DNA of 64,000 nucleotides from the NCBI GenBank assembly GCA_037142615.1, contig JBAXAI010000005.1:90120-154119 (forward strand), in the 5' to 3' direction. Position numbers and translations under genes: made by a program. Each line of letters starts with the position of its first letter. The first letter of the stretch is position 1. Origin of the DNA: Spirochaetales bacterium (GTDB lineage Bacteria; Spirochaetota; Spirochaetia; JABEVK01). The notes beneath the pieces were generated by a model. That model was not told where the DNA came from. It did not search any database and saw only the letters and a program-made list of their open reading frames with translations. This document shows, one piece after another, positions 39,976-48,810 of the stretch.

Positions 39976-40025
39976 GCCGCTTCAGACTCACCGCAAGGTG
40001 GGCCTGGGCGGCTTTCCTTTTTTCC
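39976..40025 (+). terminator. GCAA-tetraloop hairpin followed by a U-rich tract
   Basis: GCCGCTTCAGACTCACC-GCAA-GGTGGGCCTGGGCGGC then TTTCCTTTTTT; the G-U pairs work only on the + strand. Confidence 0.45.
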
Positions 40026-41760
40026 AGCGGCGAACCGAATTGATGAACCACACCCCCCCGGCCTGTTCCAGTGCCGAAATGGGTAGAATGGCTTCGCGGA
40101 CGATCCCCCGGGCAAGCAAATGCTGGCGAAACGTGCCTGCCAGAAGGCCGCTTTCGAGGGCAGGAGTCAGCAGCTCGCCATCTACCTGAAGGACCACGTT
40201 GAAGCTCGACGACTCGGTGAGTTCTCCGCGGGCATTCCAAAAGAGCGTCTGGTCGACCCCGGGGACCGCACCCTTTTCGTAGCACTCCCGCGCTGTCGTC
40301 TTGTGCTGGCGAAACAGCAGAGCCTCTTCAAGCGGCCCTGGCGAAAGGGCCCAGGTGAGTTCGTCGGGCTGATTGTCCAGTGGAAGGTACTCGAAGCGAA
40401 ACTGCGAGCCGGGGTTCAGGAGAAGCCGGACCTTTTGCGGGGTCACCGGGTCGAGGCGGTCCAAAGCAGACCGCACCGAAGCGAGGGCCGAGTCCCACCC
40501 TCTGGCGGGAAAAGCCTCTGCCAACGCCTCGCACGAGCGTTGCATTCGGTCCCGGTGGAGCGACTCGAGGAAGAAGCCAGCTGAGGGCTCCCAAAGCAGA
40601 CTCTCGACCAGATCGAAGCTCCGTTGCCTAGGCGCCAAGAAGCGGCTCTTGGCCAGCGCTTCGGCGTACTCGCGCGAGGGTTCGCTGTCCCAAACAATGC
40701 CGCCGCCCACATCCAGGCGAAACTCGGGCTGACTCTCGTCGGCGAAGAGCAGAGTGCGGATGAGCACGTTGAAGTGCGCTCCCTCGGGACCGGACCACCC
40801 GAGAGTTCCGGTGTACCAGCCCCGCGACCGGGTTTCGAGCTCGGCAATGAGTTGCTGGGTACGCAGTTTGGGAGCGCCAGTGATGGAGGCGCAGGGAGCC
40901 AGAGCCTCGAGCACGGTGCTTACGGGAGTTTGCGGGGGCAAGTGAGCCGTGACGGTGCTGGTCATCTGCCATACCGTCGGGTACGCCTCGATCGCGAAGA
41001 GCGCAGGCACCTCGGTGGTGCCGACGGCGGCCACCCGGCCGAGGTCGTTGCGGATCATGTCGGTGATCATGAGGTTCTCGGCCCGTTCTTTCGGGCTGGA
41101 GGCCAAGTGGTCCCGTGCCTGCTGGTCAAGTTCGGGCTGGGCCGAGCGGGGGGTCGTCCCCTTCATGGGCCGTGCCAGCACCTTGTCGCCACTGCGCTCA
41201 AAAAAGAGCTCGGGCGAAAGTGAGGCCACCACGGGGTGCCCGTCACCCAACCACGCAAACACCCCTTGCGCGCCTTGGCCTGCCGCCGGGTCTCCGTCGG
41301 GTGCCAGCAATTCCAGCCACAACCTTAGCGCGCTGCGCCAAGACCAGGGGGCCTCGCCCGCCGTAATGGCCCGGCCCTTCAAACCAAAAGTCAGATTGAC
41401 CTGATAGGTCTGCCCGGATTGGAGGGCCGAGTGAACGGCCGCCACCTTTGCCGCGTGCCTCGGCTCGTCCCACTCGGGCACCAGGGGCCCTAACCAGGGG
41501 CAGGCCACGCCGGCCAGTTGAAGCAACTCTTCGTGTTGCCACCGTTCTGGGGGGCCAAACACACCCCACCATCCGGGAGCACTGGTCTCGGCGGGCCCGT
41601 ACTGCCAACCGCCCACCAGCCAACCCGAGCTTTGACGTGCAGAGGCCTCGGCCGCCCGCAGTTCGGGCCCCGGAAACACAGAAAGGGGCTCCTGGAAAAC
41701 CAGAAAGCCCCTTTTTGTAGCCCCAAAGGGCGCAGGAAAGATCAGAAACGGTGGGATCAA
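39988..41760 (-). CDS. pabB: Aminodeoxychorismate synthase component I fused to an ADC lyase (class IV aminotransferase-like) domain
   Basis: YQVNLT, SPELFF, PMKGT, KERAENLMI.D..RNDL and PCASITGAPK, followed by HKTT.R and GLL.GTFR. Confidence 0.9.
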   Translation of the reverse strand: MIPPFLIFPAPFGATKRGFLVFQEPLSVFPGPELRAAEASARQSSGWLVGGWQYGPAETSAPGWWGVFGPPERWQHEELLQLAGVACPWLGPLVPEWDEPRHAAKVAAVHSALQSGQTYQVNLTFGLKGRAITAGEAPWSWRSALRLWLELLAPDGDPAAGQGAQGVFAWLGDGHPVVASLSPELFFERSGDKVLARPMKGTTPRSAQPELDQQARDHLASSPKERAENLMITDMIRNDLGRVAAVGTTEVPALFAIEAYPTVWQMTSTVTAHLPPQTPVSTVLEALAPCASITGAPKLRTQQLIAELETRSRGWYTGTLGWSGPEGAHFNVLIRTLLFADESQPEFRLDVGGGIVWDSEPSREYAEALAKSRFLAPRQRSFDLVESLLWEPSAGFFLESLHRDRMQRSCEALAEAFPARGWDSALASVRSALDRLDPVTPQKVRLLLNPGSQFRFEYLPLDNQPDELTWALSPGPLEEALLFRQHKTTARECYEKGAVPGVDQTLFWNARGELTESSSFNVVLQVDGELLTPALESGLLAGTFRQHLLARGIVREAILPISALEQAGGVWFINSVRRWKKGKPPRPTLR

Positions 41761-41966
41761 CCGATTTTGACGAGGGAGTAGCCGGCCGCATCAATGGCGC
41801 CCAGCACTTTGGTCTCGTCGAGGTCCTTGGTCGTTTCAATTTCGGCAAACTTGCCGGTCAGGTTCACCTTGACGCCGGTCACGCCGTCGAGAGTTCCCAA
41901 GGATTTCTCAATGCGCGCAGCACAGTGGCCGCAGGACATTCCGTCGATAAAAACTTTCTTGACCAT
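41757..41966 (-). CDS. Heavy-metal-associated (CopZ-like) chaperone
   Basis: GMSCGHC and I..AGY; SD GGAGG before ATG 41966. Confidence 0.9.
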   Translation of the reverse strand: MVKKVFIDGMSCGHCAARIEKSLGTLDGVTGVKVNLTGKFAEIETTKDLDETKVLGAIDAAGYSLVKIG

Positions 41967-42026
41967 TGCATCCTCCGGTTTCAATGTACACCGGAATCGG
42001 GGCAGGGTAAACGTAGGCACGGGTAT

Positions 42027-43709
42027 TCAAATCGGGTCGAGACACCCTTCGTCGCCCGTGCTGTAGACCAGCGGTTGCGACAGCCTCACGTCGCGCACGG
42101 CGCCGTCGAAGCTGGCAAAAAGATTGGCAGTGCCCAGGTCGTGGATCAGGTCGGCGTGCTCCATCACCAAAAGAACCGAGGGCTGAATCTCGGTCATGAC
42201 GACGCGCACCCCCTCTTTGCGGGCATCCTGCAGAATCCGGTGAAGCACCCGGGTGCCGGTGGCGTCGAGCAACTGCACCTCGTCGAAGCGCAGAATCAAA
42301 GTTTTGGCCTTGGGCAGCAGGGGTCGTATGCTTTCTTCGAACTTGCTGGCCGCGCCGAAAAAGAACGCCCCGCTGAGATCGAGCACGAAGGTCTTGGGAG
42401 GCAAATCGACCCCCGTGGCGCTCATATTGTCGGTGCCGCGCGAAGGGCTGGTGTAGCTGGCCAGAGCCATGTTGCGGATGAACAAAAAGGACGACACAAG
42501 AAGGCCGCTGATGATGGCGTACACGAGGTCGACGAAAATCGTGACCAGAAACGTGGTCATCAAGGCCAGAGCGTCAGCCCGGGTGGTGCGGAAGACGAGC
42601 CGGAACTCCTTCCACTCGCCCATTCGCAGGGCCACGTGCACCAGCAAACCCGCCAAGGCGGCCATGGGGATCTGGGCCGCCAGGGGACCCAGGAACAGAG
42701 TGATCAACAGCAGGGCAAGGGCAGCAAAAATCCCAGCAATTGGGGTGCGCGCTCCATTGCGGACGTTAGCTGCGGTCCTCGCGATGGCGCCGGTGGCAGG
42801 AATGCCCCCAACGAGGGCGCTGGCCATGTTGGCAATGCCCTGGCCGACGAGTTCCGTGTTCGACCGGTGACGCCCGCCGATCATGGCATCGCTCACCGAG
42901 GCGCTGAGCAGGCTTTCGACGGCCCCGAGAAAAGCAATCGAAAAGGCCGCCGGGAGCAGGCCGATGATAGTTTGGTAGTTCAGGCCGGTGAAGTCGAGCG
43001 GCGTGATGGTAAAGGTGACCGTACCGTAAAGCGAACCGATGGTGGTGACAGGCAATTGACCGAACGTCGTGGCCAACGTGACCACGATGAGCACGACGAA
43101 GGCCCCGGGAATCTTGGGCAGGAACTTGCCCATGGCCACCAACCCGATCAGCGTGGCCGAGGCAATCAGCAGCGACCAGGGGTTGAAACTCGCCGCGTTC
43201 TGAGCCAGCACCAGCAACTTCTCGACAAAGTCGCCGGGCAATTTGTCGACGGTGAGGCCAAAGAAGTCTTTGATCTGGCTGGACAGGATGGTGATGGCAA
43301 TGCCCGCCGTGAAACCGACGATGATGGGCTGGGGAATATAGCGGATGACGGAACCAAAACGGAAGAAGCCAAACGCGGTGAGAATGAGCCCGGCGACGAA
43401 AGTCGCCACAATGAGCCCCCCCACGCCGTGGGCGGTGACGATGCCAAACACGATGACAATGAAAGCGCCGGTGGGGCCGCCGATCTGGACCCGGCTGCCA
43501 CCGAACAGCGAAATGCACAACCCACCGACGACCGCCGTCAAGAGGCCCTGCGACGGGGACACTCCCGAGGCGATTCCGAACGCGATTGACAACGGAATGG
43601 CGATAATGGCCACCACCAGGCCCGCGAACAGGTCACGCGAGAGCTGGGCGGTGTCGTACCCTTTGAGGGCGGTGAGGATTTTAGGATGGAAACTGGGTTC
43701 CTGACTCAT
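42027..43709 (-). CDS. SulP family anion permease with STAS domain
   Basis: DLFAGL.V....PLSIAF.IASG, GPTGAF, ESLLS, TGAIART and STAS (FFGAA, D.TG). Confidence 0.93.
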   Translation of the reverse strand: MSQEPSFHPKILTALKGYDTAQLSRDLFAGLVVAIIAIPLSIAFGIASGVSPSQGLLTAVVGGLCISLFGGSRVQIGGPTGAFIVIVFGIVTAHGVGGLIVATFVAGLILTAFGFFRFGSVIRYIPQPIIVGFTAGIAITILSSQIKDFFGLTVDKLPGDFVEKLLVLAQNAASFNPWSLLIASATLIGLVAMGKFLPKIPGAFVVLIVVTLATTFGQLPVTTIGSLYGTVTFTITPLDFTGLNYQTIIGLLPAAFSIAFLGAVESLLSASVSDAMIGGRHRSNTELVGQGIANMASALVGGIPATGAIARTAANVRNGARTPIAGIFAALALLLITLFLGPLAAQIPMAALAGLLVHVALRMGEWKEFRLVFRTTRADALALMTTFLVTIFVDLVYAIISGLLVSSFLFIRNMALASYTSPSRGTDNMSATGVDLPPKTFVLDLSGAFFFGAASKFEESIRPLLPKAKTLILRFDEVQLLDATGTRVLHRILQDARKEGVRVVMTEIQPSVLLVMEHADLIHDLGTANLFASFDGAVRDVRLSQPLVYSTGDEGCLDPI

Positions 43710-45202
43710 GGGGACGCTGGTAGAGTAGCAAATTTACGGGTTTCTTCCAAGAACGATTGCCACGCATCGAGTTCGCGTTCCAAAGAAAGATCGCCTCGGG
43801 ACCGCCAGATCCGGCAGAACTCAGCCTCGAGCCGCAGTTCGTCGTCGCGGCGCTTGGTGACAAAGCGCCTCCAGCGGGCGTCGGGGGCCTTTTCCAAACA
43901 CAGGGCCAGGTCGGTGACGTCGAGGCTGCGGAGCACGCCTTCGAGCACCAAAGCCGGCTGTTGGTACCAAGAGCCCCAGTCGAACGCTCCGCTCAGCGCG
44001 GCGAGTTCGCGGGCCAACGCCTCGCGGCGGGGAACCCGGTAGCCAGCCTCCCACCTCGCCAGTGACTCGGCGGACCACAGCAAAGCCCCCGAGGAGAGCC
44101 TGGCTTCGACGGCGTCGAGCAGTTCCGCGCGTCGAGGTTCCGGATCTCCGGGCGGCAAGCTCCGCGAGGCGCGCTCAATTTCGGCCCACTGGCGACGCGG
44201 AAACAGCGTTGAGAGCCAAGCCAGCGGCAACTCTTTGCGGGGTCGCGACTTTCCATCGGCACTCAGCGAAAACAGGAGGTCGGCAACGGCGGAAACCCCT
44301 CCGTCGGCGGGCAACAAAACATTTTGCACCAACAGTCTGGCGTCGGGAGCGGGCAAGGCGGCGAGCAGGGTGGCCCAGTCCAGTTTGCCCTGGGTCGGCG
44401 CAACGGCACTGGTCGCTCCGGGCCTGAGCCAGCGCAAGTGTGCGGTCGCCTCCCAAGGCGATACGGAACGGCCGAGCCACGACGACAGCAGGCCGCGTGA
44501 AGGCAGAATCTGGAGGTCCCAGGTTGCGAGGTCGGACTCGTTGGGCCCCGCATCGACGCGGTATTCCCACGCCACCGACTGAGCCAGCACCTGGGGCGAA
44601 GGCAATCCCGGAATCGGGACAATCCGGGCATTCCAACCTTGCTTGACGACGTGGGCTAGAATGTTGCGCCAGCCCTGGCCAGGCAGCTTTCCGCGACGAG
44701 GCGGAATCCGCACCAGGAACAGACTCTTGCGGGAGGTTTCGTCCAGCACAGCCCACCAGCCTTCGGGGCTTTCGTCGGCATTGACCCGGGGGGTGAGGAT
44801 CCACGTCGGCATCGACGAAAAGAAGAATTGGGCGTGCTGATGACGGGCGGGCAAGAACTTGCGGGCCCAGGTATCGGTGGCCAGCGTGGCGGCAGTGGCA
44901 GGAGCGTCCGTGCGGGGTCCCGCCGCAGCGTCGGACTTTTGGCGTTCACGGCGCTCCTTACGGGACTTGGGGGCGGGCCGCTCGGGCGGCGCCGAGAACT
45001 GGAACTGCCAACCGGCATCCTCGGGGGCATTGACCCCCGGCAAAGACTCGGCGGTGAGAAGGACGAGCCGCCCGGGTTTTTTGAGCCCACGGGGGAGTGG
45101 GCTGGGCGTGTGCGCGGCGACTTGGGGGCCCCAGTACACGGCCCTGAGCTCGCCAGAAACAGACCAAAAACCGGCCAGCGGACGCAGCGAGTTTGACATC
45201 AT
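43706..45202 (-). CDS. Hypothetical protein with FliG-armadillo-like segments
   Basis: 498 aa; 'LPAPDARLLVQ' and 'VLRSLDVTDLALCLE' resemble FliG M/C repeats (weak). Confidence 0.55.
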   Translation of the reverse strand: MMSNSLRPLAGFWSVSGELRAVYWGPQVAAHTPSPLPRGLKKPGRLVLLTAESLPGVNAPEDAGWQFQFSAPPERPAPKSRKERRERQKSDAAAGPRTDAPATAATLATDTWARKFLPARHQHAQFFFSSMPTWILTPRVNADESPEGWWAVLDETSRKSLFLVRIPPRRGKLPGQGWRNILAHVVKQGWNARIVPIPGLPSPQVLAQSVAWEYRVDAGPNESDLATWDLQILPSRGLLSSWLGRSVSPWEATAHLRWLRPGATSAVAPTQGKLDWATLLAALPAPDARLLVQNVLLPADGGVSAVADLLFSLSADGKSRPRKELPLAWLSTLFPRRQWAEIERASRSLPPGDPEPRRAELLDAVEARLSSGALLWSAESLARWEAGYRVPRREALARELAALSGAFDWGSWYQQPALVLEGVLRSLDVTDLALCLEKAPDARWRRFVTKRRDDELRLEAEFCRIWRSRGDLSLERELDAWQSFLEETRKFATLPASP

Positions 45203-45227
45203 CGGTGGCTGAGCGTAAACTGGCCCG

Positions 45228-46490
45228 ATGAAAAATTCAAGGAATGAAACCTTGGCGGCAGACCTGCTGGACCGCTTTCCCCGCTATGCAAAAATCTACA
45301 CCACCTCTGACCGCAACTCGGCCACAAAGCCCTCGACTCCGCGGCAGTGGGACCTTCTGAACCTGTTGCTGGAAGAGCTGCGGGCTCTGGGTTTGTCCAA
45401 CGTGCAGAGTCATCCGAAGGGCTACGTGCTCGGCACCCTGCCCGCGTCGAAGGGTTGCGAAAAAGCGCCGTCGTTTGCCCTTCTGGCCCACGTGGACTCA
45501 GCACCCGACGCCCCCGGCGAAGGCGTCAAACCCTTGATCCATAACAACTACGATGGCAAAGCAATCCACCTTCCAGGCGGACCGGTGCTCGATCCTTCGG
45601 AAAATCCTTTGCTGGCCAAGTACCTCGGCACCACCGTGATCACCTCGGACGGAACCACGTTGCTGAGCGCCGACGACAAGGCCGGCGTGGCCGAGATCAT
45701 GGCCGCGGTCGCCTACCTGTTGGCGCACCCCGAACTGCCGCATCCGGTGCTCGAAGTGATCTTCACCAGCGACGAAGAAGTCGGCCGTGGCGTCGAGGAT
45801 TTCCCCTACGAACTGGTGAAGAGCAAGGCCGCGTACACCCTCGATGGCGGCGAAGAAGGCATCCTCGAGGCCGAGTGCGTCAACGCCCACGGGGCCAAAG
45901 TGACCTTCACCGGGAAGTCCTATCATCCGGGCTCGTCACGGGGAAGGATGGTGAACGCGGTGAGCATGGTCGGCGCCTTTCTGAACCTGCTGCCCCGCAA
46001 TGAGAGCCCGGAAGCCTCCGACGGCCGTTTTGGGTATCTGTGGGCCAACGATGTGCAGGCCAGCATCGAGTCGGCCACGGTCGAAATCTACACCCGTGAC
46101 TTTGACCTTGCCCAGAATGAACGGCGGTTGGCTAGCCTGCATACCTACGCTCTGGCGGTTGAGGCCGCGTTCCCCGGCGGAAAGGTGCAGGTCACTACCA
46201 GCGAGCAATACCTCAACATGAAGGCCAAGCTCGACCAGCACCCTCGCATCGCCAACCTGCTAGCCGCCGCAACCCGCGCTGCGGGGGTAGAGCCCCGTTG
46301 GGAAGCCATTCGCGGCGGTACCGACGGCTCGCGCCTTACCGAAGCGGGTCTGCCGACTCCCAACATCTTTACCGGCGGCATGAACTACCACAGCCGGACC
46401 GAGTGGGTGGCCCTCGAGGCCATGGTGAGAGCCAGCAATGTGGTGATCGAACTGGCCGCCCTGTGGGCCCGGGAACCGGCCAACGCATGA
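45228..46490 (+). CDS. pepT: Peptidase T (M20B tripeptidase)
   Basis: AHVD, DGTTLL.ADDKAG, DEEVGRG, IRGGTDG and PNIFTGG.NYH. Confidence 0.95.
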   Translation: MKNSRNETLAADLLDRFPRYAKIYTTSDRNSATKPSTPRQWDLLNLLLEELRALGLSNVQSHPKGYVLGTLPASKGCEKAPSFALLAHVDSAPDAPGEGVKPLIHNNYDGKAIHLPGGPVLDPSENPLLAKYLGTTVITSDGTTLLSADDKAGVAEIMAAVAYLLAHPELPHPVLEVIFTSDEEVGRGVEDFPYELVKSKAAYTLDGGEEGILEAECVNAHGAKVTFTGKSYHPGSSRGRMVNAVSMVGAFLNLLPRNESPEASDGRFGYLWANDVQASIESATVEIYTRDFDLAQNERRLASLHTYALAVEAAFPGGKVQVTTSEQYLNMKAKLDQHPRIANLLAAATRAAGVEPRWEAIRGGTDGSRLTEAGLPTPNIFTGGMNYHSRTEWVALEAMVRASNVVIELAALWAREPANA

Positions 46491-47455
46491 AACCGGTGTG
46501 GCTGTTGGCCGCACTGCTTGGGGCTGCCTTGGTCACTCTGGCAGCCTGCACCGAGTCAACCGAAGAGACCAAGGCCCCTGCCGCCGATGAGAACCTGACG
46601 CCTTCGCAGTTGACGGGCATCGCGGCGCTCGACGAGCCCGGTCGCCTCGAGCTTCAGGTTCTGTACGCGCGTGGAACGGGTCTGCTCGCCGGTCGGGACA
46701 AACCGCTGGCCGCCAAGGATCCTATCGAACCGGGCCGCTGGCTGGTGAGCGCGGCAGCGAGCGAGTTCGAGCTGAGCTTCCGCACCAGCCTGGTGACCGA
46801 CGGCATCGTGCGGCTCGGCCCTTCGACTCACATGCTTTTGGAGCGTCCGAACCCTGGCTCGCCTGTGGAAGCGCGTTTTCGTGTCTACACGGGCCAGGTC
46901 AGTTTCTTTTTCCCCACCCTGCCGCAAAACCAAGTGGTGATCGTCACACCGTCGGGGACACTGGTCAGCTCCGGCGGAGCCTTTACGGTGACCGTCAGCC
47001 CCGATCTGCAGGTGCTGGTGACCTGTCGCGAGGGCCAGGTCTTTTTGACGGGCCGGCAAAGTGCGGCGGCATGGCCCGGCCAGGTGTTTCAGTTCGGCCC
47101 TGGCGGCAACAACCGTGCCTGGCCGCTGACGCCCAACCAGGCCCTCGTGTTCCAGAACCGTTGGCTCCAAGTGACCACCGAGGAAGTGAAGTCGGTACTG
47201 GCGCCGCAGACCCCGCAGCAATTGCGCCGCTTCCGGGACCTTCAGGTGCGCTATTTGCGCTCCGAGGCCGAGCTGAGTGCCCTTTGGTGGCAGGCTGCGT
47301 TGCTTTTTCTGCCCGCCGACAACGAGTTTCCCACCCTCGCCGAGGCGACCGCGCTGTGGAACCGGGCGGCGCTCGACCGCGCGACTTCAGGAGGGGTGCT
47401 GGCTCCCGAAGAAGGCCTTCCCGAGGGGGAAAGCTTGCTGGGCAACCGCTTATAG
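46487..47455 (+). CDS. FecR-like domain lipoprotein
   Basis: Lipobox LAA-C; VRLGPST, V.TPSG....GG.F.V and V.CREG.V FecR-like pattern; ATGA overlap with pepT. Confidence 0.65.
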   Translation: MKPVWLLAALLGAALVTLAACTESTEETKAPAADENLTPSQLTGIAALDEPGRLELQVLYARGTGLLAGRDKPLAAKDPIEPGRWLVSAAASEFELSFRTSLVTDGIVRLGPSTHMLLERPNPGSPVEARFRVYTGQVSFFFPTLPQNQVVIVTPSGTLVSSGGAFTVTVSPDLQVLVTCREGQVFLTGRQSAAAWPGQVFQFGPGGNNRAWPLTPNQALVFQNRWLQVTTEEVKSVLAPQTPQQLRRFRDLQVRYLRSEAELSALWWQAALLFLPADNEFPTLAEATALWNRAALDRATSGGVLAPEEGLPEGESLLGNRL

Positions 47456-47511
47456 AAGTCTGTCGGACTCCCAGCCCTGCGTGCGGCCATGAAACGGTGT
47501 ATATTCGCAGT

Positions 47512-48795
47512 ATGACGTTGCGCGCCCTTGTTGGTCTAGCCAGTCTTTTGCTCTTGGGCTCGTGCGCCGAAATCACGCACTTTCTGGGCCTCGACATAGA
47601 TTACTTCGCCGACTACCGGGGTAAAAACCTGCTCGACAGCTCGGGTTTCGAGGCGGTCGATTCGACCGGGGCTGCCAAATGGAGCCTCGAGGTTCCCGTT
47701 GACTACATGCGTTTCGAGGTGCCTACCGAGACCTCGGTGCCGGTGACCTACGTCGAGGCCACCACCTCCACTTCGTACCCCGTGTACCGGCTCGAGATCC
47801 GCAACCTCATTCCCGACGGAGACTTCGAGGAAGAGGCCGCGGGTGCCAGCTCGTTTGCGCACTCGTTTTGGAGCCTCAAACAATCGGGACCAACGGCCAA
47901 CAATCTTGTTTTTGGAACTTCGTTCCTGACCTTGGGTTCCATCACTTTGGTCGGCGACCCGCGCAGTCTCGATCACAACGCGTTCTGGTGGGACGCCAAC
48001 GCCACCGGAAACCGGCTCCAGCTCGACCTCAAACAGGCCTTGGGCACGCTTTGGACGGCGGCGGCGTACCGACTTCGTTTTGACCTCATCAACCTGACCC
48101 CGGGCAGCGGCTTCGACCTGTTCTTGATGGCCGGCACGACGACCTTGCTGAGCCAGGTGACCGATGCCCAGGACGGCGGTTCCTGGCAGCTCACGTCGAC
48201 ACCCACCGACCAGACGACGCGCATCTCGGTGTCAAAGACTTTCACCCTGGACTCCACAGCGCCACAACGGATCGTGAACTTCGGCAACTACGACCCGGCT
48301 TCTCCCACGTCGAACAAAGCCATCATCGACAATGTGCGCCTGTTGCCGGCCGACAAGCTACTCAGCGTTGGGCTCAAGTTGGCAAAGCTGACCTCGATTG
48401 ATCCCGCAGGCTTACTGGCGTTGCTGCCCGGTTCCAAACCCGGGGCCTACACCCTGACGCTGGCGGTGCGCGACGATCCAAGCTCAGACCCGACGTCGGC
48501 CAACCACGCGCTCAACCGCTTCTATCCCCAGGGTCTGACCGTCGTTCTGGCAGCCCAAGTCAAGTCGGGCACGGGTTCGTACCGGCAATTCTTCCCACGA
48601 CCCGCGGGGGGCTGGAGCGACTGGACTACCCTGGAGTTGCCTGTCGGCTTTGACTTCGTCACCACTGATCCGACGGATGGAAGTCCGGTGTTGAGCATCG
48701 CCTTTTCGCCAACGGATTTTTTCGGCAACACCTTGGGAGGCCGCGACGTGGGAAGTTTGCTGATTGCCCACCCGACCTTGACCTTCAATCCCTGA
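47512..48795 (+). CDS. Hypothetical beta-rich lipoprotein (CBM-like NL..dGdFE motifs)
   Basis: Lipobox LGS-C; NLLDSSGFE, NLIPDGDFE and IDNVRL motifs of jelly-roll domains. Confidence 0.7.
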   Translation: MTLRALVGLASLLLLGSCAEITHFLGLDIDYFADYRGKNLLDSSGFEAVDSTGAAKWSLEVPVDYMRFEVPTETSVPVTYVEATTSTSYPVYRLEIRNLIPDGDFEEEAAGASSFAHSFWSLKQSGPTANNLVFGTSFLTLGSITLVGDPRSLDHNAFWWDANATGNRLQLDLKQALGTLWTAAAYRLRFDLINLTPGSGFDLFLMAGTTTLLSQVTDAQDGGSWQLTSTPTDQTTRISVSKTFTLDSTAPQRIVNFGNYDPASPTSNKAIIDNVRLLPADKLLSVGLKLAKLTSIDPAGLLALLPGSKPGAYTLTLAVRDDPSSDPTSANHALNRFYPQGLTVVLAAQVKSGTGSYRQFFPRPAGGWSDWTTLELPVGFDFVTTDPTDGSPVLSIAFSPTDFFGNTLGGRDVGSLLIAHPTLTFNP

Positions 48796-48810
48796 CGGTG
48801 TGCCGCGCGG

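Noticed and set aside
39900-40020. c-di-GMP-I riboswitch or sigma54 promoter
   Set aside because: A GTAA-loop hairpin exists on the minus strand but the GGCAAA/GACGCAAA core is absent; the GG..GC spacing is 11, not 10.
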